Shown here: positions 20,549 through 29,947 of the stretch, in pieces
Layout: the number at the start of each line of letters is the position of its first letter
Position numbering within the stretch: the stretch's first letter is position 1
Assembly (NCBI GenBank): GCA_934101275.1
Contig: CAKOQM010000002.1
Span: forward strand, 1 to 61,021
Source of the DNA: an uncultured Bacilli bacterium
Lineage (GTDB): Bacteria > Bacillota_I > Bacilli_A > RF39 > UBA660
Direction of reading: 5' to 3'
Length of the DNA stretch: 61,021 nt
The notes under the pieces: generated by a model
What the model was told of the DNA's origin: nothing
Databases searched by the model: none
Seen by the model: only the letters and a program-made list of their open reading frames with translations
Position numbers and translations under genes: made by a program

Positions 20549-21417
20549 GTTTTCGAACAGTAGTAATATCTAGACAATCTAAAATAAGTTATAAAAACAG
20601 ATATTTAGTAGTTAAAAGGGATAATGATGAAAAATATGTTCATTTATCGGAAATAGATACGATAGTGGTTGATTCTGTATCGGTATCTATTTCTGCCTAT
20701 CTTTTAAGAGAACTTGCTGACGCCAAAATTAATATCATTTTTTGCGATGAAAATCATAATCCTTTTGGTGAACTTAAGCCTTATTACTCAAGACATAATT
20801 CAAGCAAAATAATAAAGAAACAAATTAATTGGTCAGAGAAAAAGAAAAATGAATTATGGGCGAAAATTGTTAAAAATAAAATAACCAACCAAGCCTTGTT
20901 TTTAAAAAAACTTCATGATGACAAATACGAGTTAGTTTTAAGTTATGTTGATGAGGTAACAATAGGTGACAAAACTAATAGAGAGGGCCATGCAGCTAAA
21001 GTATACTTTAACTGTTTATTTGGTAAGAGTTTTTCTAGAGATGATAACAATGTAATAAATAGTGCTTTAAATTATGGCTATTCTGTTTTATTGTCAACTA
21101 TTAATAAAGAAGTTATTGTTAACGGGTTTTTAACTCAATTGGGAATTCATCACAAAAATGAATTTAATGAGTTTAATTTAAGCTGTGATTTAATGGAGCC
21201 GTTTCGAGTTATCATTGATAATTTTGTATATTATAACCAAGCTAGAGAATTTAATACAAACTATAAAATGGACATTATTAATATTTTCAATACAACATTT
21301 AAATACCAAAATAAGACTTATACTTTAAAAGATATATTAAGCATGTATGTTAAAAATACTTTAAATATTATGAATGGTGACGAAGAATATAGGGATTTTA
21401 TATATTATGAGGGATAG
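20545..21417 (+). CDS. cas1: CRISPR-associated endonuclease Cas1 (type II)
   Basis: 290 aa. FRTVVIS...KISYKNRYLVV, NREGHAAKVYF, NSALNYGYSVL...GIHH. Overlaps the cas9 stop. Confidence 0.95.
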   Translation: MSFRTVVISRQSKISYKNRYLVVKRDNDEKYVHLSEIDTIVVDSVSVSISAYLLRELADAKINIIFCDENHNPFGELKPYYSRHNSSKIIKKQINWSEKKKNELWAKIVKNKITNQALFLKKLHDDKYELVLSYVDEVTIGDKTNREGHAAKVYFNCLFGKSFSRDDNNVINSALNYGYSVLLSTINKEVIVNGFLTQLGIHHKNEFNEFNLSCDLMEPFRVIIDNFVYYNQAREFNTNYKMDIINIFNTTFKYQNKTYTLKDILSMYVKNTLNIMNGDEEYRDFIYYEG

Positions 21418-21727
21418 AGTTGTGCGGACAATAGTGTTTTTTGATTTACCAAATGTATATTCGAGTGATAAAAGAAATTATAATAAGTTTAGAAAATATC
21501 TTTTAAACGAAGGATTTATTATGATGCAAGAATCTGTATATTCAAAGTTAGTATTAAATAATAATCAATCTGATTTACTTATGAAACGTTTAAAAAAGAA
21601 TGCACCTAAGAAAGGCTTAATACAGGTTTTAACTATAACGGAACAGCAATATTCTAAAATCGAGTATATTATTGGTCAAGGCCAAAGTAAAATTGTAAAT
21701 AATGAAGATAGGTTGGTTATTTTATGA
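21407..21727 (+). CDS. cas2: CRISPR-associated endoribonuclease Cas2
   Basis: MRDRVVRTIVFFDLP...QESVYSK. Starting at the internal ATG 21407 gives 106 aa and an 11-nt overlap with cas1. The ORF-track start at 21374 is probably too early. Confidence 0.9.
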   Translation: MRDRVVRTIVFFDLPNVYSSDKRNYNKFRKYLLNEGFIMMQESVYSKLVLNNNQSDLLMKRLKKNAPKKGLIQVLTITEQQYSKIEYIIGQGQSKIVNNEDRLVIL

Positions 21728-22398
21728 ATTTAAATGTTAAATATTTTGATAATACGATAGTCTTTAATAAAGAATTTATTAATGTTTTAGAAATTGAAAA
21801 TAAAAAATATTTTTATCGATTTATTAAAGATTTGTATTATATTAGTTTTAGTAACATAACAGAGGATGCTCATTTTTTTGAAAATGAAAAAGAAATTAAT
21901 ATGTCAAATAAATTAAGAATATATGTTGATTTTTTTGACTTTCAATTTGATTCTAAGAAATATGTTAATGATATTTCTAAATATGTGTCAGCAAATATAA
22001 GTGATGATGATAAAAGTAGTCTTGTTGCTCTTTATAATAAAATGGTTAAACAGTATAGTAAAATTTTAAATGATGCTGAAATCCCTCTTAGGATAGAAAG
22101 TGAATTTAGTGTTGATAACTTAAATAAATTAATGAAAATATCCATTGATAATAAAGAAGACCTGCTTGATAATTTACTATTATTAATAGATTTAGAAAAA
22201 GCATTAAAATTAAACAATTTACTCATTTTTGTTAACTTGAAACAGTATTTATCTAAGGATGAATTAAGTGAATTATATAAGTATTCTATTTATAACGAAG
22301 TTATTATTTTTCTTATTGATTCTCAAAGTTACGGAGTATGCCTCAATTATGAAAAGAAGCATATTATTGATGAAAATTTGGATGAGTTTGTGTTATAA
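21724..22398 (+). CDS. csn2: CRISPR-associated protein Csn2 (type II-A marker)
   Basis: 224 aa. It is in the fourth cas position directly before the array, with the N-terminal ...NVLEIENKKYFYRFIKDLY pattern typical of Csn2. Overlaps the cas2 stop. Confidence 0.85.
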   Translation: MNLNVKYFDNTIVFNKEFINVLEIENKKYFYRFIKDLYYISFSNITEDAHFFENEKEINMSNKLRIYVDFFDFQFDSKKYVNDISKYVSANISDDDKSSLVALYNKMVKQYSKILNDAEIPLRIESEFSVDNLNKLMKISIDNKEDLLDNLLLLIDLEKALKLNNLLIFVNLKQYLSKDELSELYKYSIYNEVIIFLIDSQSYGVCLNYEKKHIIDENLDEFVL

Positions 22399-22470
22399 TT
22401 TAATCAGATGACATGAATACCATTTGGACTAATATTGTTCTATGGATATTAGGACACAGGATTAATTTGA
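22399..22470 (+). promoter_or_regulatory. CRISPR leader with candidate promoter
   Basis: 72 nt lie between the csn2 stop and the first repeat. Candidate promoter: TTGGAC (22424-22429), 17 nt, TATTAG (22447-22452). The leader ends ...ATTTGA immediately before the repeat G, resembling the type II-A leader-anchoring motif ATTTGAG. Confidence 0.5.
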
Positions 22471-24353
22471 GTTTTAGTTCTGTGTCATCCTAAATGGTAT
22501 TAAAACTCATCGGTTTACTCATAGAATCCACCTAGAGGTTTTAGTTCTGTGTCATCCTAAATGGTATTAAAACAATAATTGAAGAACAACCATATTGTCA
22601 ATTGTTTTAGTTCTGTGTCATCCTAAATGGTATTAAAACATTATTCTAAAATCACAACCTCCACAACCTGTTTTAGTTCTGTGTCATCCTAAATGGTATT
22701 AAAACCATTATTTTAGTGGTTTACATATGTGTAATGTTTTAGTTCTGTGTCATCCTAAATGGTATTAAAACAGTGATGTTTCTTTCTAAGATAGTATTTA
22801 TGTTTTAGTTCTGTGTCATCCTAAATGGTATTAAAACAAATCCTAATGCTATTGTAATCAAATATGGTTTTAGTTCTGTGTCATCCTAAATGGTATTAAA
22901 ACTGAGTTGGATAATAAAATAAATAAAGCTATGTTTTAGTTCTGTGTCATCCTAAATGGTATTAAAACTACTACAGGGCTACGATTCAAAGTATCATTGT
23001 TTTAGTTCTGTGTCATCCTAAATGGTATTAAAACTTATCCTTTCTAGCGTTTTACCCCTCGCCAGTTTTAGTTCTGTGTCATCCTAAATGGTATTAAAAC
23101 CCACTAAGTAATTGTACTTTAGAACCGTTAGTTTTAGTTCTGTGTCATCCTAAATGGTATTAAAACAAGAAAACGGCGTTATTAAGTATGGTTTTGGTTT
23201 TAGTTCTGTGTCATCCTAAATGGTATTAAAACATTATTCTAAAATCACAACCTCCACAACCTGTTTTAGTTCTGTGTCATCCTAAATGGTATTAAAACCA
23301 TTATTTTAGTGGTTTACATATGTGTAATGTTTTAGTTCTGTGTCATCCTAAATGGTATTAAAACAGTGATGTTTCTTTCTAAGATAGTATTTATGTTTTA
23401 GTTCTGTGTCATCCTAAATGGTATTAAAACAAATCCTAATGCTATTGTAATCAAATATGGTTTTAGTTCTGTGTCATCCTAAATGGTATTAAAACTGAGT
23501 TGGATAATAAAATAAATAAAGCTATGTTTTAGTTCTGTGTCATCCTAAATGGTATTAAAACTACTACAGGGCTACGATTCAAAGTATCATTGTTTTAGTT
23601 CTGTGTCATCCTAAATGGTATTAAAACTTATCCTTTCTAGCGTTTTACCCCTCGCCAGTTTTAGTTCTGTGTCATCCTAAATGGTATTAAAACCCACTAA
23701 GTAATTGTACTTTAGAACCGTTAGTTTTAGTTCTGTGTCATCCTAAATGGTATTAAAACCTGTGTTGCCTTCTTTGTCTTTTAAAACCAGTTTTAGTTCT
23801 GTGTCATCCTAAATGGTATTAAAACAATGGTATATAGTTTATCAATATTAGCATTGTTTTAGTTCTGTGTCATCCTAAATGGTATTAAAACAAAATTTGT
23901 CCGAGATGTAAAAAACCTTATGTTTTAGTTCTGTGTCATCCTAAATGGTATTAAAACGGCACTTTTATTGAAAGTTTTGAGGAATTTGTTTTAGTTCTGT
24001 GTCATCCTAAATGGTATTAAAACTATCGTTTTCGTAAAAGTATAGGTCGCCGTGTTTTAGTTCTGTGTCATCCTAAATGGTATTAAAACTAAGGGAGCAA
24101 TTATAATTAAAATGGAAAAGTTTTAGTTCTGTGTCATCCTAAATGGTATTAAAACACCAATCATTGAAGAACAATTAAGACTTTTGTTTTAGTTCTGTGT
24201 CATCCTAAATGGTATTAAAACACCGGAAATTATACAGTTTGTTATGGATTTGTTTTAGTTCTGTGTCATCCTAAATGGTATTAAAACTATCGACTTTTAA
24301 AGTTCCAGTTCCTTCTAGTTTTAGTTCTGTGTCATCTCAAATGGTATTGACTC
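22471..24353 (+). CRISPR. type II-A CRISPR array, 29 repeats and 28 spacers (20 unique)
   Basis: 36-nt repeat GTTTTAGTTCTGTGTCATCCTAAATGGTATTAAAAC with 29-31-nt spacers. The final repeat (24318-24353, GTTTTAGTTCTGTGTCATCTCAAATGGTATTGACTC) has 5 substitutions, which fits the leader-distal end. Confidence 0.98.
22640..23723 (+). repeat. intra-array tandem duplication of eight spacer-repeat units
   Basis: Spacers 3-10 (22640-23130) recur identically as spacers 12-19 (23233-23723), offset by 593 nt. Only spacer 11 (23167-23196, AAGAAAACGGCGTTATTAAGTATGGTTTTG) is unique between the two copies. Confidence 0.95.
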
Positions 24354-24474
24354 CCAGTGTTAATTGTATTTATAACTTAGCAAGTTAGAGAAATACAGTG
24401 CATTCAAAAAGCACCACAAAATAGAAATTTTTTCTACACTGCGGTACCTTTAAATGATATGAAAAAAGTAGTCA

Positions 24475-24717
24475 TTATTTCTGACTACTCTTGCCTGTAC
24501 TTTCTGTCGCATTATAGTTATATCTTTTGTTTATTTTTTCTGACTCTCTTTCAAACATTTCTTTGCATTCTTCATCTGTTATCTTCTCAGTAACTTTTAT
24601 ACAATGTATTAGTGTTTTAAGAGCTTCAATTTCCTCTTCTCTTGTCATGGTAAATTCGCCACACTTTTCAAATTTAAGTTCTTCTTTTAATAAAAATTTT
24701 TGTCTTTCTGTCATCAT
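24475..24717 (-). CDS. small acidic hypothetical protein
   Basis: An 80-aa version starts MMTERQKF... after a strong RBS (GGGAGGAAAGG); the ORF-track start at 24741 lacks an RBS. It lies downstream of, and co-oriented with, the ATPase gene. Confidence 0.45.
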   Translation of the reverse strand: MMTERQKFLLKEELKFEKCGEFTMTREEEIEALKTLIHCIKVTEKITDEECKEMFERESEKINKRYNYNATESTGKSSQK

Positions 24718-24756
24718 ATTACCTTTCCTCCCATAGTACATGAAATATACAATGCT

Positions 24757-25944
24757 TTAAATTTTTCTTTTTAGTAACCAATAAATGATATTTTCATGAA
24801 TAATATTATCTGTTGAGTAATTATTTCGATCCATTGATAAAATATATTTGGGACAATCATCTGTTATCTTTTGTAATGTGTTTATTTTTTTTTGAGAATT
24901 TTCAGCTTGGGAAAGTAAAAATTCAACTTGAATGTACATTTTTTCACCATATTTACTGGCTACAAAATCAATGGTTTCATTTTGAATCATACCGGTTATA
25001 ACATCGTATCCAAAAATAATAAGTTCGTTATAAACAATATTTTTTAAAAGGGCTACATAGTTAGTCTTTTTTTGTTTATTAAAAATGGTGTTGAGACCTA
25101 AATCACTTAAATAATAACGATTTCTTCTTTGTAAAGTCTTATTTCTTTCAATATCGTAAGTTGGTACTTTAATAAGAAATTGAACTTCTTCCGCATATTT
25201 TAAACATTCATAAATAGTTTTAGAAGAAATAGCAATGTTCTTTTCCTTAAAGAAATTTATGATTTCAGTGGCAGAAAACATTTGGCTGGTGTTTGCAATT
25301 AAATAATCTAAAACAGTTAAAAGTAAATTAATGTCTTTGATAGAATTTTTTTTAATAATTTCGTCAAAGATAATAGCTTCAAAGGTATCTTTTAAATAGG
25401 TTTCTATTTCTTCTTTATTTTGAAGTTTAAATTTATGAGGTAAACCTCCCCATAAAAGATAGGTGTTAAATTCTTGTTCTATTAATTGTTTATTAGTGGT
25501 TTGTTTTAGATTAATGATTTCATTAAAAGATATGGCTTCAATATTAAAAAGATGAATATATGGTTGTAAATCAGTCAAAAGTTTATCTATCAATTCATTT
25601 TTTACGGAAGTTGTAACAAAAATAGATAAAACGTTAGTTTTTAAAAAATCTTTTAAAACATTGACACTATTAGAAATGTTTTGAATTTCATCAATGAAAA
25701 GATAATATGTGTTTTCATCTTTGATATTTTTAAAAACTTCTTCTTTTAAGTCAAAATTAGAACTTACTTTTTCCGTATCAATGTAAATAAGATGACTTTT
25801 GTCAATGTTTTGACAGAGTAATTCCTCTTTAATAAGTTTTAGTAAAGTAGATTTTCCACATCTTTTTAAGCCTTTTAACATTTTAATGTCAATAAAATGA
25901 TAAAAAGTACGAATTTGATTTAAATAAATTTCTCTTGGTAACAT
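24757..25944 (-). CDS. AAA-family ATPase with DUF4143-type C-terminal domain
   Basis: 395 aa. Walker A GLKRCGKSTLL, Walker B YLFIDEIQ, and a C-terminal ...IDFVASKYGEKMYIQVEF region resembling the restriction-endonuclease-like DUF4143 domain. Confidence 0.75.
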   Translation of the reverse strand: MLPREIYLNQIRTFYHFIDIKMLKGLKRCGKSTLLKLIKEELLCQNIDKSHLIYIDTEKVSSNFDLKEEVFKNIKDENTYYLFIDEIQNISNSVNVLKDFLKTNVLSIFVTTSVKNELIDKLLTDLQPYIHLFNIEAISFNEIINLKQTTNKQLIEQEFNTYLLWGGLPHKFKLQNKEEIETYLKDTFEAIIFDEIIKKNSIKDINLLLTVLDYLIANTSQMFSATEIINFFKEKNIAISSKTIYECLKYAEEVQFLIKVPTYDIERNKTLQRRNRYYLSDLGLNTIFNKQKKTNYVALLKNIVYNELIIFGYDVITGMIQNETIDFVASKYGEKMYIQVEFLLSQAENSQKKINTLQKITDDCPKYILSMDRNNYSTDNIIHENIIYWLLKRKI

Positions 25945-26565
25945 AATTATCCTCCATTCTTACCTTAATGATAGCATACATAGAAGTAAAAATTCAATTA
26001 GTTTTCTTGAAAGAAAAAAGTTTATTATTTATTAAAAGATGATGTTATAAAAATTGTACGATTATATTTTTTAAGATGGCGAATAGAAGAATATTTTAGA
26101 GCAAAAAAGCAAATATATGATTTTGAAAATATAAGACTTAGGACATTAAAAGGGGTGAATAATTTTAATTTATTTTTAACGATATATTTAGGACATATTA
26201 ATCAGTTGGCAGAAGAAATAAATTCAAAATTATTAAATATCAAAATAATTGAAGAAAGCAAATCATTGCGTGGAAAAGTCATAATATGGATGAATCAATT
26301 TGCAAGAGAAATTAAAAATATTTTAGCTTTTACTCATAAAGGAATAAAAGAATTCAAAAAAATAGAAACAGGATTGAAGCATAGGCAATTACAGTTAAAA
26401 CTTTAAATGCTTAACTAATTTAGGATTTTAAAAAGAACATCATGGATGTTCTGCTTTAGCATGCTTAAATTTATAAAAAAGAATAATAAAACTCCAGAAT
26501 TACAGAATTGTACAAAAACTAAGTATTCTATTTGGTAAAATACCGAAACTCAAATTCATCCATAG

Positions 26566-26595
26566 TTGCGAACAAAGTTTTTGTTGTGATATACT
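26566..26595 (+). promoter_or_regulatory. candidate prfB promoter
   Basis: TTGCGA (26566-26571), 18-nt spacer, TATACT (26590-26595). It is 29 nt upstream of the prfB ATG. Confidence 0.35.
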
Positions 26596-26623
26596 AAAAA
26601 TAGCTAAAGAAAGAGGAAATGCT

Positions 26624-27710
26624 ATGAATCGAAATGAAATCAAAGATAGTTTACTTGGTTTACAAGCTAAAATAGATACTATTGGGAGGTCTCTTTGACT
26701 TAGAGGAAAAAGAAAAAACAATATTTGCTTTAAAAGAAGAAACGACAAAAGAAGATTTCTGGCAAGATATTAATCACGCTAATGAAATAAATAAGAATAT
26801 TGCTAGATTAGAAAAAATAGTTTCTCTTGTTAAAACTATCAAAGAAGAGGTTAATGATACTTTAGAGTTAGTCGAATTAATGACAGATGAAGAACTTTCT
26901 AGTATTGATTTAGAATCAATGACCGAAAAAGTAAGTGAACTTGAGATAGATACTCTTTTAGGTGGCGAATATGATGATTTACCATGCTACTTAGAAATTC
27001 ACCCTGGAGCTGGGGGAACCGAATCTTGTGATTGGGCTTCTATGCTTCTTCGGATGTATGAAATGTTTTGCGAAAAAAATAATTTCCATTATGAAGTAAT
27101 TGAAGAACAAAAAGGAGAAGAAGCGGGTCTTAAAAGTGCTACGATTAAAATAACAGGTGACTATGCTTATGGCTACTTAAAAAATGAAAGTGGTGTACAT
27201 CGTCTTGTCCGTATTTCTCCTTTTGATTCAGGAGGTCGGAGACACACTTCTTTTGCTTCTGTAAGCGTTATTCCAGAATATAACAAAGATATTGATATTG
27301 AGATTAAAGAAAGTGATTTAAAAATAGATGTTTATCATTCAAGTGGGGCTGGAGGACAAAGTGTTAATACTTCTAATTCAGCGGTTCGTATTACCCATTT
27401 GCCCACTAAGACAGTTGTAACGTGTCAAAATGAACGTAGCCAATTAAAAAATAAAGAACAAGCTTTAAAAATTTTGAAAAGTAAATTATATCAAAAAGAA
27501 AGATTAAGATTAGAACAAGAAAAGAATAACTTGAAGGGAACTATTTCTGCTATTGATTTTGGAAGTCAAATTAGAAACTATGTTTTAGAGCCATATAAAT
27601 TAATTAAAGATTTAAGAAGCGGCTATGAAACAAGTAATGTCGACAAAGTGTTAAATGGGGATATTTTACCTATTTTAGAATCTTTATTGAGGGTACAAAA
27701 TGAAAACTAA
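26624..27710 (+). CDS. prfB: peptide chain release factor 2, expressed through a programmed +1 frameshift: join(26624..26695,26697..27710)
   Basis: Frame 0 reads MNRNEIKDSLLGLQAKIDTIGRSL then TGA (26696-26698). The +1 frame continues DLEEKEKT... and carries SPF (RISPFDSGGRRHTSF) and GGQ (SGAGGQSVN). Confidence 0.95.
26684..26699 (+). promoter_or_regulatory. RF2 autoregulatory frameshift site
   Basis: GGGAGG tct CTT TGA C. This is an internal Shine-Dalgarno-like element 3 nt before the slippery CUU and the in-frame UGA followed by C, which is the canonical prfB motif. Confidence 0.9.
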
Positions 27711-28554
27711 CTTAAAAAGATATAGTCATATTGTTATAGGTATATTTTTGGTATCTTTTGCATTTAATCTTTTTCTATCCCCTTATGATTTTGTTACTGG
27801 TGGTGTAAGCGGTTTAAGTATTATCATAAGACACTTTATTCCTCTTAATGAAAGTCTTTTTATGATTTTATGTAATGCTTTATTACTTATTTTAAGTTAT
27901 TTTCTTCTAGGAAAAGAAAAAACAAAGAATACTTTAGTGGGTTCTTTGTTGTTTCCTATAGCTGTTTATTTAACCAAAAATATCTCAAAATATCTTATTA
28001 TTACGATTGATCCTTTATTAATCGCCATAATAGGCGGTGTTTTAAGTGGTTATGGTTACGGTCTTATTTTTCAAAATAACTACACGACAGGTGGTACCGA
28101 TATATTAAATCAAATAATGGAAAAATATTTTCATATGCCTATGGGGAAATCCATTTTAATTGTTGATGGTTTTATTGTCTTATTAGGTGGCTTTACATTT
28201 GGCTTTACCAAACTAATTTACTCTTTGATTTCTCTTTACTTTATGAGTTATTACTCTAATAATTTAACTTTAGGTATTAATAAAAATAAAGTGCTTTATA
28301 TTAGCAGTAAAAAAATAAATGATATAAAAAAATATTTGTTTTCTTGCGGCTATGATGTTACTTTGATTAATAGTGCTGGTGCTTTTACCAAAAAAGAAAA
28401 AGAACTTTTAATGTGTTCACTTCCTAATCTTTCTTATCATAAAGTAAAAGAAGTTTTAAAGGAAATAGATAAAGATGTTTTCATTGTTGTTACTAGTGCC
28501 TATGAACAAAAAAATGCCAATCGTGAAATCAATAAATTAACACTTGGGATATAA
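27700..28554 (+). CDS. YitT-family membrane protein (DUF161 repeats plus DUF2179)
   Basis: 284 aa. TGGVSGLSIII and TTGGTDIL motifs inside hydrophobic repeats, with a soluble C-terminal domain. Confidence 0.75.
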   Translation: MKTNLKRYSHIVIGIFLVSFAFNLFLSPYDFVTGGVSGLSIIIRHFIPLNESLFMILCNALLLILSYFLLGKEKTKNTLVGSLLFPIAVYLTKNISKYLIITIDPLLIAIIGGVLSGYGYGLIFQNNYTTGGTDILNQIMEKYFHMPMGKSILIVDGFIVLLGGFTFGFTKLIYSLISLYFMSYYSNNLTLGINKNKVLYISSKKINDIKKYLFSCGYDVTLINSAGAFTKKEKELLMCSLPNLSYHKVKEVLKEIDKDVFIVVTSAYEQKNANREINKLTLGI

Positions 28555-28621
28555 GAGTGCTAAAATGAGTTGCAAAAAGCATATAAATAAAGTACAATAA
28601 TAATGTTTTTTAAGGAGAATT

Positions 28622-29947
28622 ATGGAAGAAGAAAAAAAATTTATTGAAAAATATATCATAGGAGATACCCCTTGTGTCCTTGCTTTATCAGGAGGGCCAG
28701 ATTCCATGTGCCTTTTAAATTTACTTTATTCTTTACATAAAAATGTTATCTGTGTTCATATTAATCATAAAACAAGAAAGGAATGCGAAGAAGAATATGC
28801 TTTTGTGAAAAATTATTTACAAAAATTAAATATTCCTCTTGTTTATTATGAGATAGATTCTTATGAAAAAGGTAAATTTACGGAAAGTGAAGCAAGACAA
28901 ATTAGATATAAAAAATTCTTAGAAGTCTGTCATGAATATCATGCCAATATCTTATTAACAGCGCATCACGCGGATGATTTAACAGAAACGATTTTAATGC
29001 GTCTTTTAAGAGGAAGTTCCTTAAAAGGATATGCTGGCATTAAACAAGTGTCTTTTTATGAAGATGTTACTCTTTTAAGACCTCTTTTAACAAGAAATAA
29101 AAAAGAAATATATGGTTATTTAAAAAAACAAAATATTCCTTTTGTTCATGATAAATCAAATGATAGTAATGATTACATTAGAAATCGTTTGCGGCATGAA
29201 ATTTTACCTTTACTTGAAAGAGAAAATCCTTATTATTATCAAAAATTCTTAAGTTTTAGTGAACTTTTACAAGAAAAAACAAATCTTATTGATGAAGAAA
29301 TAAGTAAGGTTAAAAAAGATGTTTTGGTAAATAATAAAATAGATATTCTACGTTTTAAAAATTATTCTAAAGCGATGCAAAATGCTTTTTGTGAAGACTA
29401 TTTATATCAAATTTATCAAGAAAACATTACTAAATTAACGAAGAAACATCTCAATATTTTTATGAATCTATTGTTAGGAAAAAAAGAAAATGCTTATTAT
29501 GAATTTCCTATGGATTATTTATTTATCAAAAATGAAGGTTATACTTTTTTAAAAAAGAAAGAAATAATCAAACCATTTTGTTATCTTTTAGAAGACTATT
29601 TAGTTTTAGAGGATAAAAGCATCGTAGAGAAAAAGAAAGAATACACGGCGAAAAGCAACTATGAAATCCATTTAAATTCTAAGGATATCACATTACCTTT
29701 GTATATTAAGAGTCGGGAAAATGGCATGAAAATGGAAGTTAAAAATTTAAATGGAACACGAAAAATAAACGATATTTTAATTGATAATAAACTAACGAAA
29801 GAAGAAAAAAATAAAGTGCCTATTTTGGTAGATAGCGTAGGTAAAGTTCTTTGGGTTTTAGGAATAAAAAAATCTAAATATGACATCGACAAAGGTAAAA
29901 GTTATGATATAATATACAAGTATAAAAAGAAAGAGGAAGAAAAATAA
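28622..29947 (+). CDS. tilS: tRNA(Ile)-lysidine synthetase
   Basis: 441 aa. PP-loop VLALSGGPDSMCL, TAHHADDLTETILMRLLRGS. It lies directly upstream of ftsH, with ATAATGA stop/start overlap. Confidence 0.9.
   Translation: MEEEKKFIEKYIIGDTPCVLALSGGPDSMCLLNLLYSLHKNVICVHINHKTRKECEEEYAFVKNYLQKLNIPLVYYEIDSYEKGKFTESEARQIRYKKFLEVCHEYHANILLTAHHADDLTETILMRLLRGSSLKGYAGIKQVSFYEDVTLLRPLLTRNKKEIYGYLKKQNIPFVHDKSNDSNDYIRNRLRHEILPLLERENPYYYQKFLSFSELLQEKTNLIDEEISKVKKDVLVNNKIDILRFKNYSKAMQNAFCEDYLYQIYQENITKLTKKHLNIFMNLLLGKKENAYYEFPMDYLFIKNEGYTFLKKKEIIKPFCYLLEDYLVLEDKSIVEKKKEYTAKSNYEIHLNSKDITLPLYIKSRENGMKMEVKNLNGTRKINDILIDNKLTKEEKNKVPILVDSVGKVLWVLGIKKSKYDIDKGKSYDIIYKYKKKEEEK

Noticed and set aside
22032-22226. 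64-aa minus-strand ORF inside csn2
   Set aside because: It is antisense to csn2, with no RBS or promoter.
22399-22470. A second tracrRNA encoded in the CRISPR leader
   Set aside because: The repeat-complementary blocks are only 7 and 10 nt long and are in the wrong order for a continuous anti-repeat. No nexus or terminator structure follows them. The upstream minus-strand tracrRNA is complete.
22574-24185. Spacers 2 and 26 share the 12-mer ATTGAAGAACAA
   Set aside because: The flanks are unrelated and the shared word is AT-rich. It is too short to infer a common or overlapping protospacer without a target search.
24527-25001. Plus-strand ORFs 24527-24736 and 24813-25001
   Set aside because: They are antisense to the small acidic protein and the ATPase genes. 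Their Ser/Phe/Leu-rich composition is typical of spurious frames.
26155-26406. 83-aa GTG-initiated ORF between the ATPase gene and prfB
   Set aside because: The GTG is fused to the only purine-rich stretch, leaving no spacing for an RBS. I recognised no motif and could not assess conservation. I left it unannotated rather than calling it a gene. The nearby hairpin AGAACATC-atg-GATGTTCT (26434-26452) has no clear plus-strand U-tract.
26500-26748. 82-aa minus-strand ORF overlapping the prfB start
   Set aside because: It overlaps the prfB promoter, RBS and frameshift region, which are well supported. Its translation is hydrophobic and low in complexity.
29659-29892. 77-aa minus-strand ORF inside tilS
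   Set aside because: It is antisense to tilS, with no signals.
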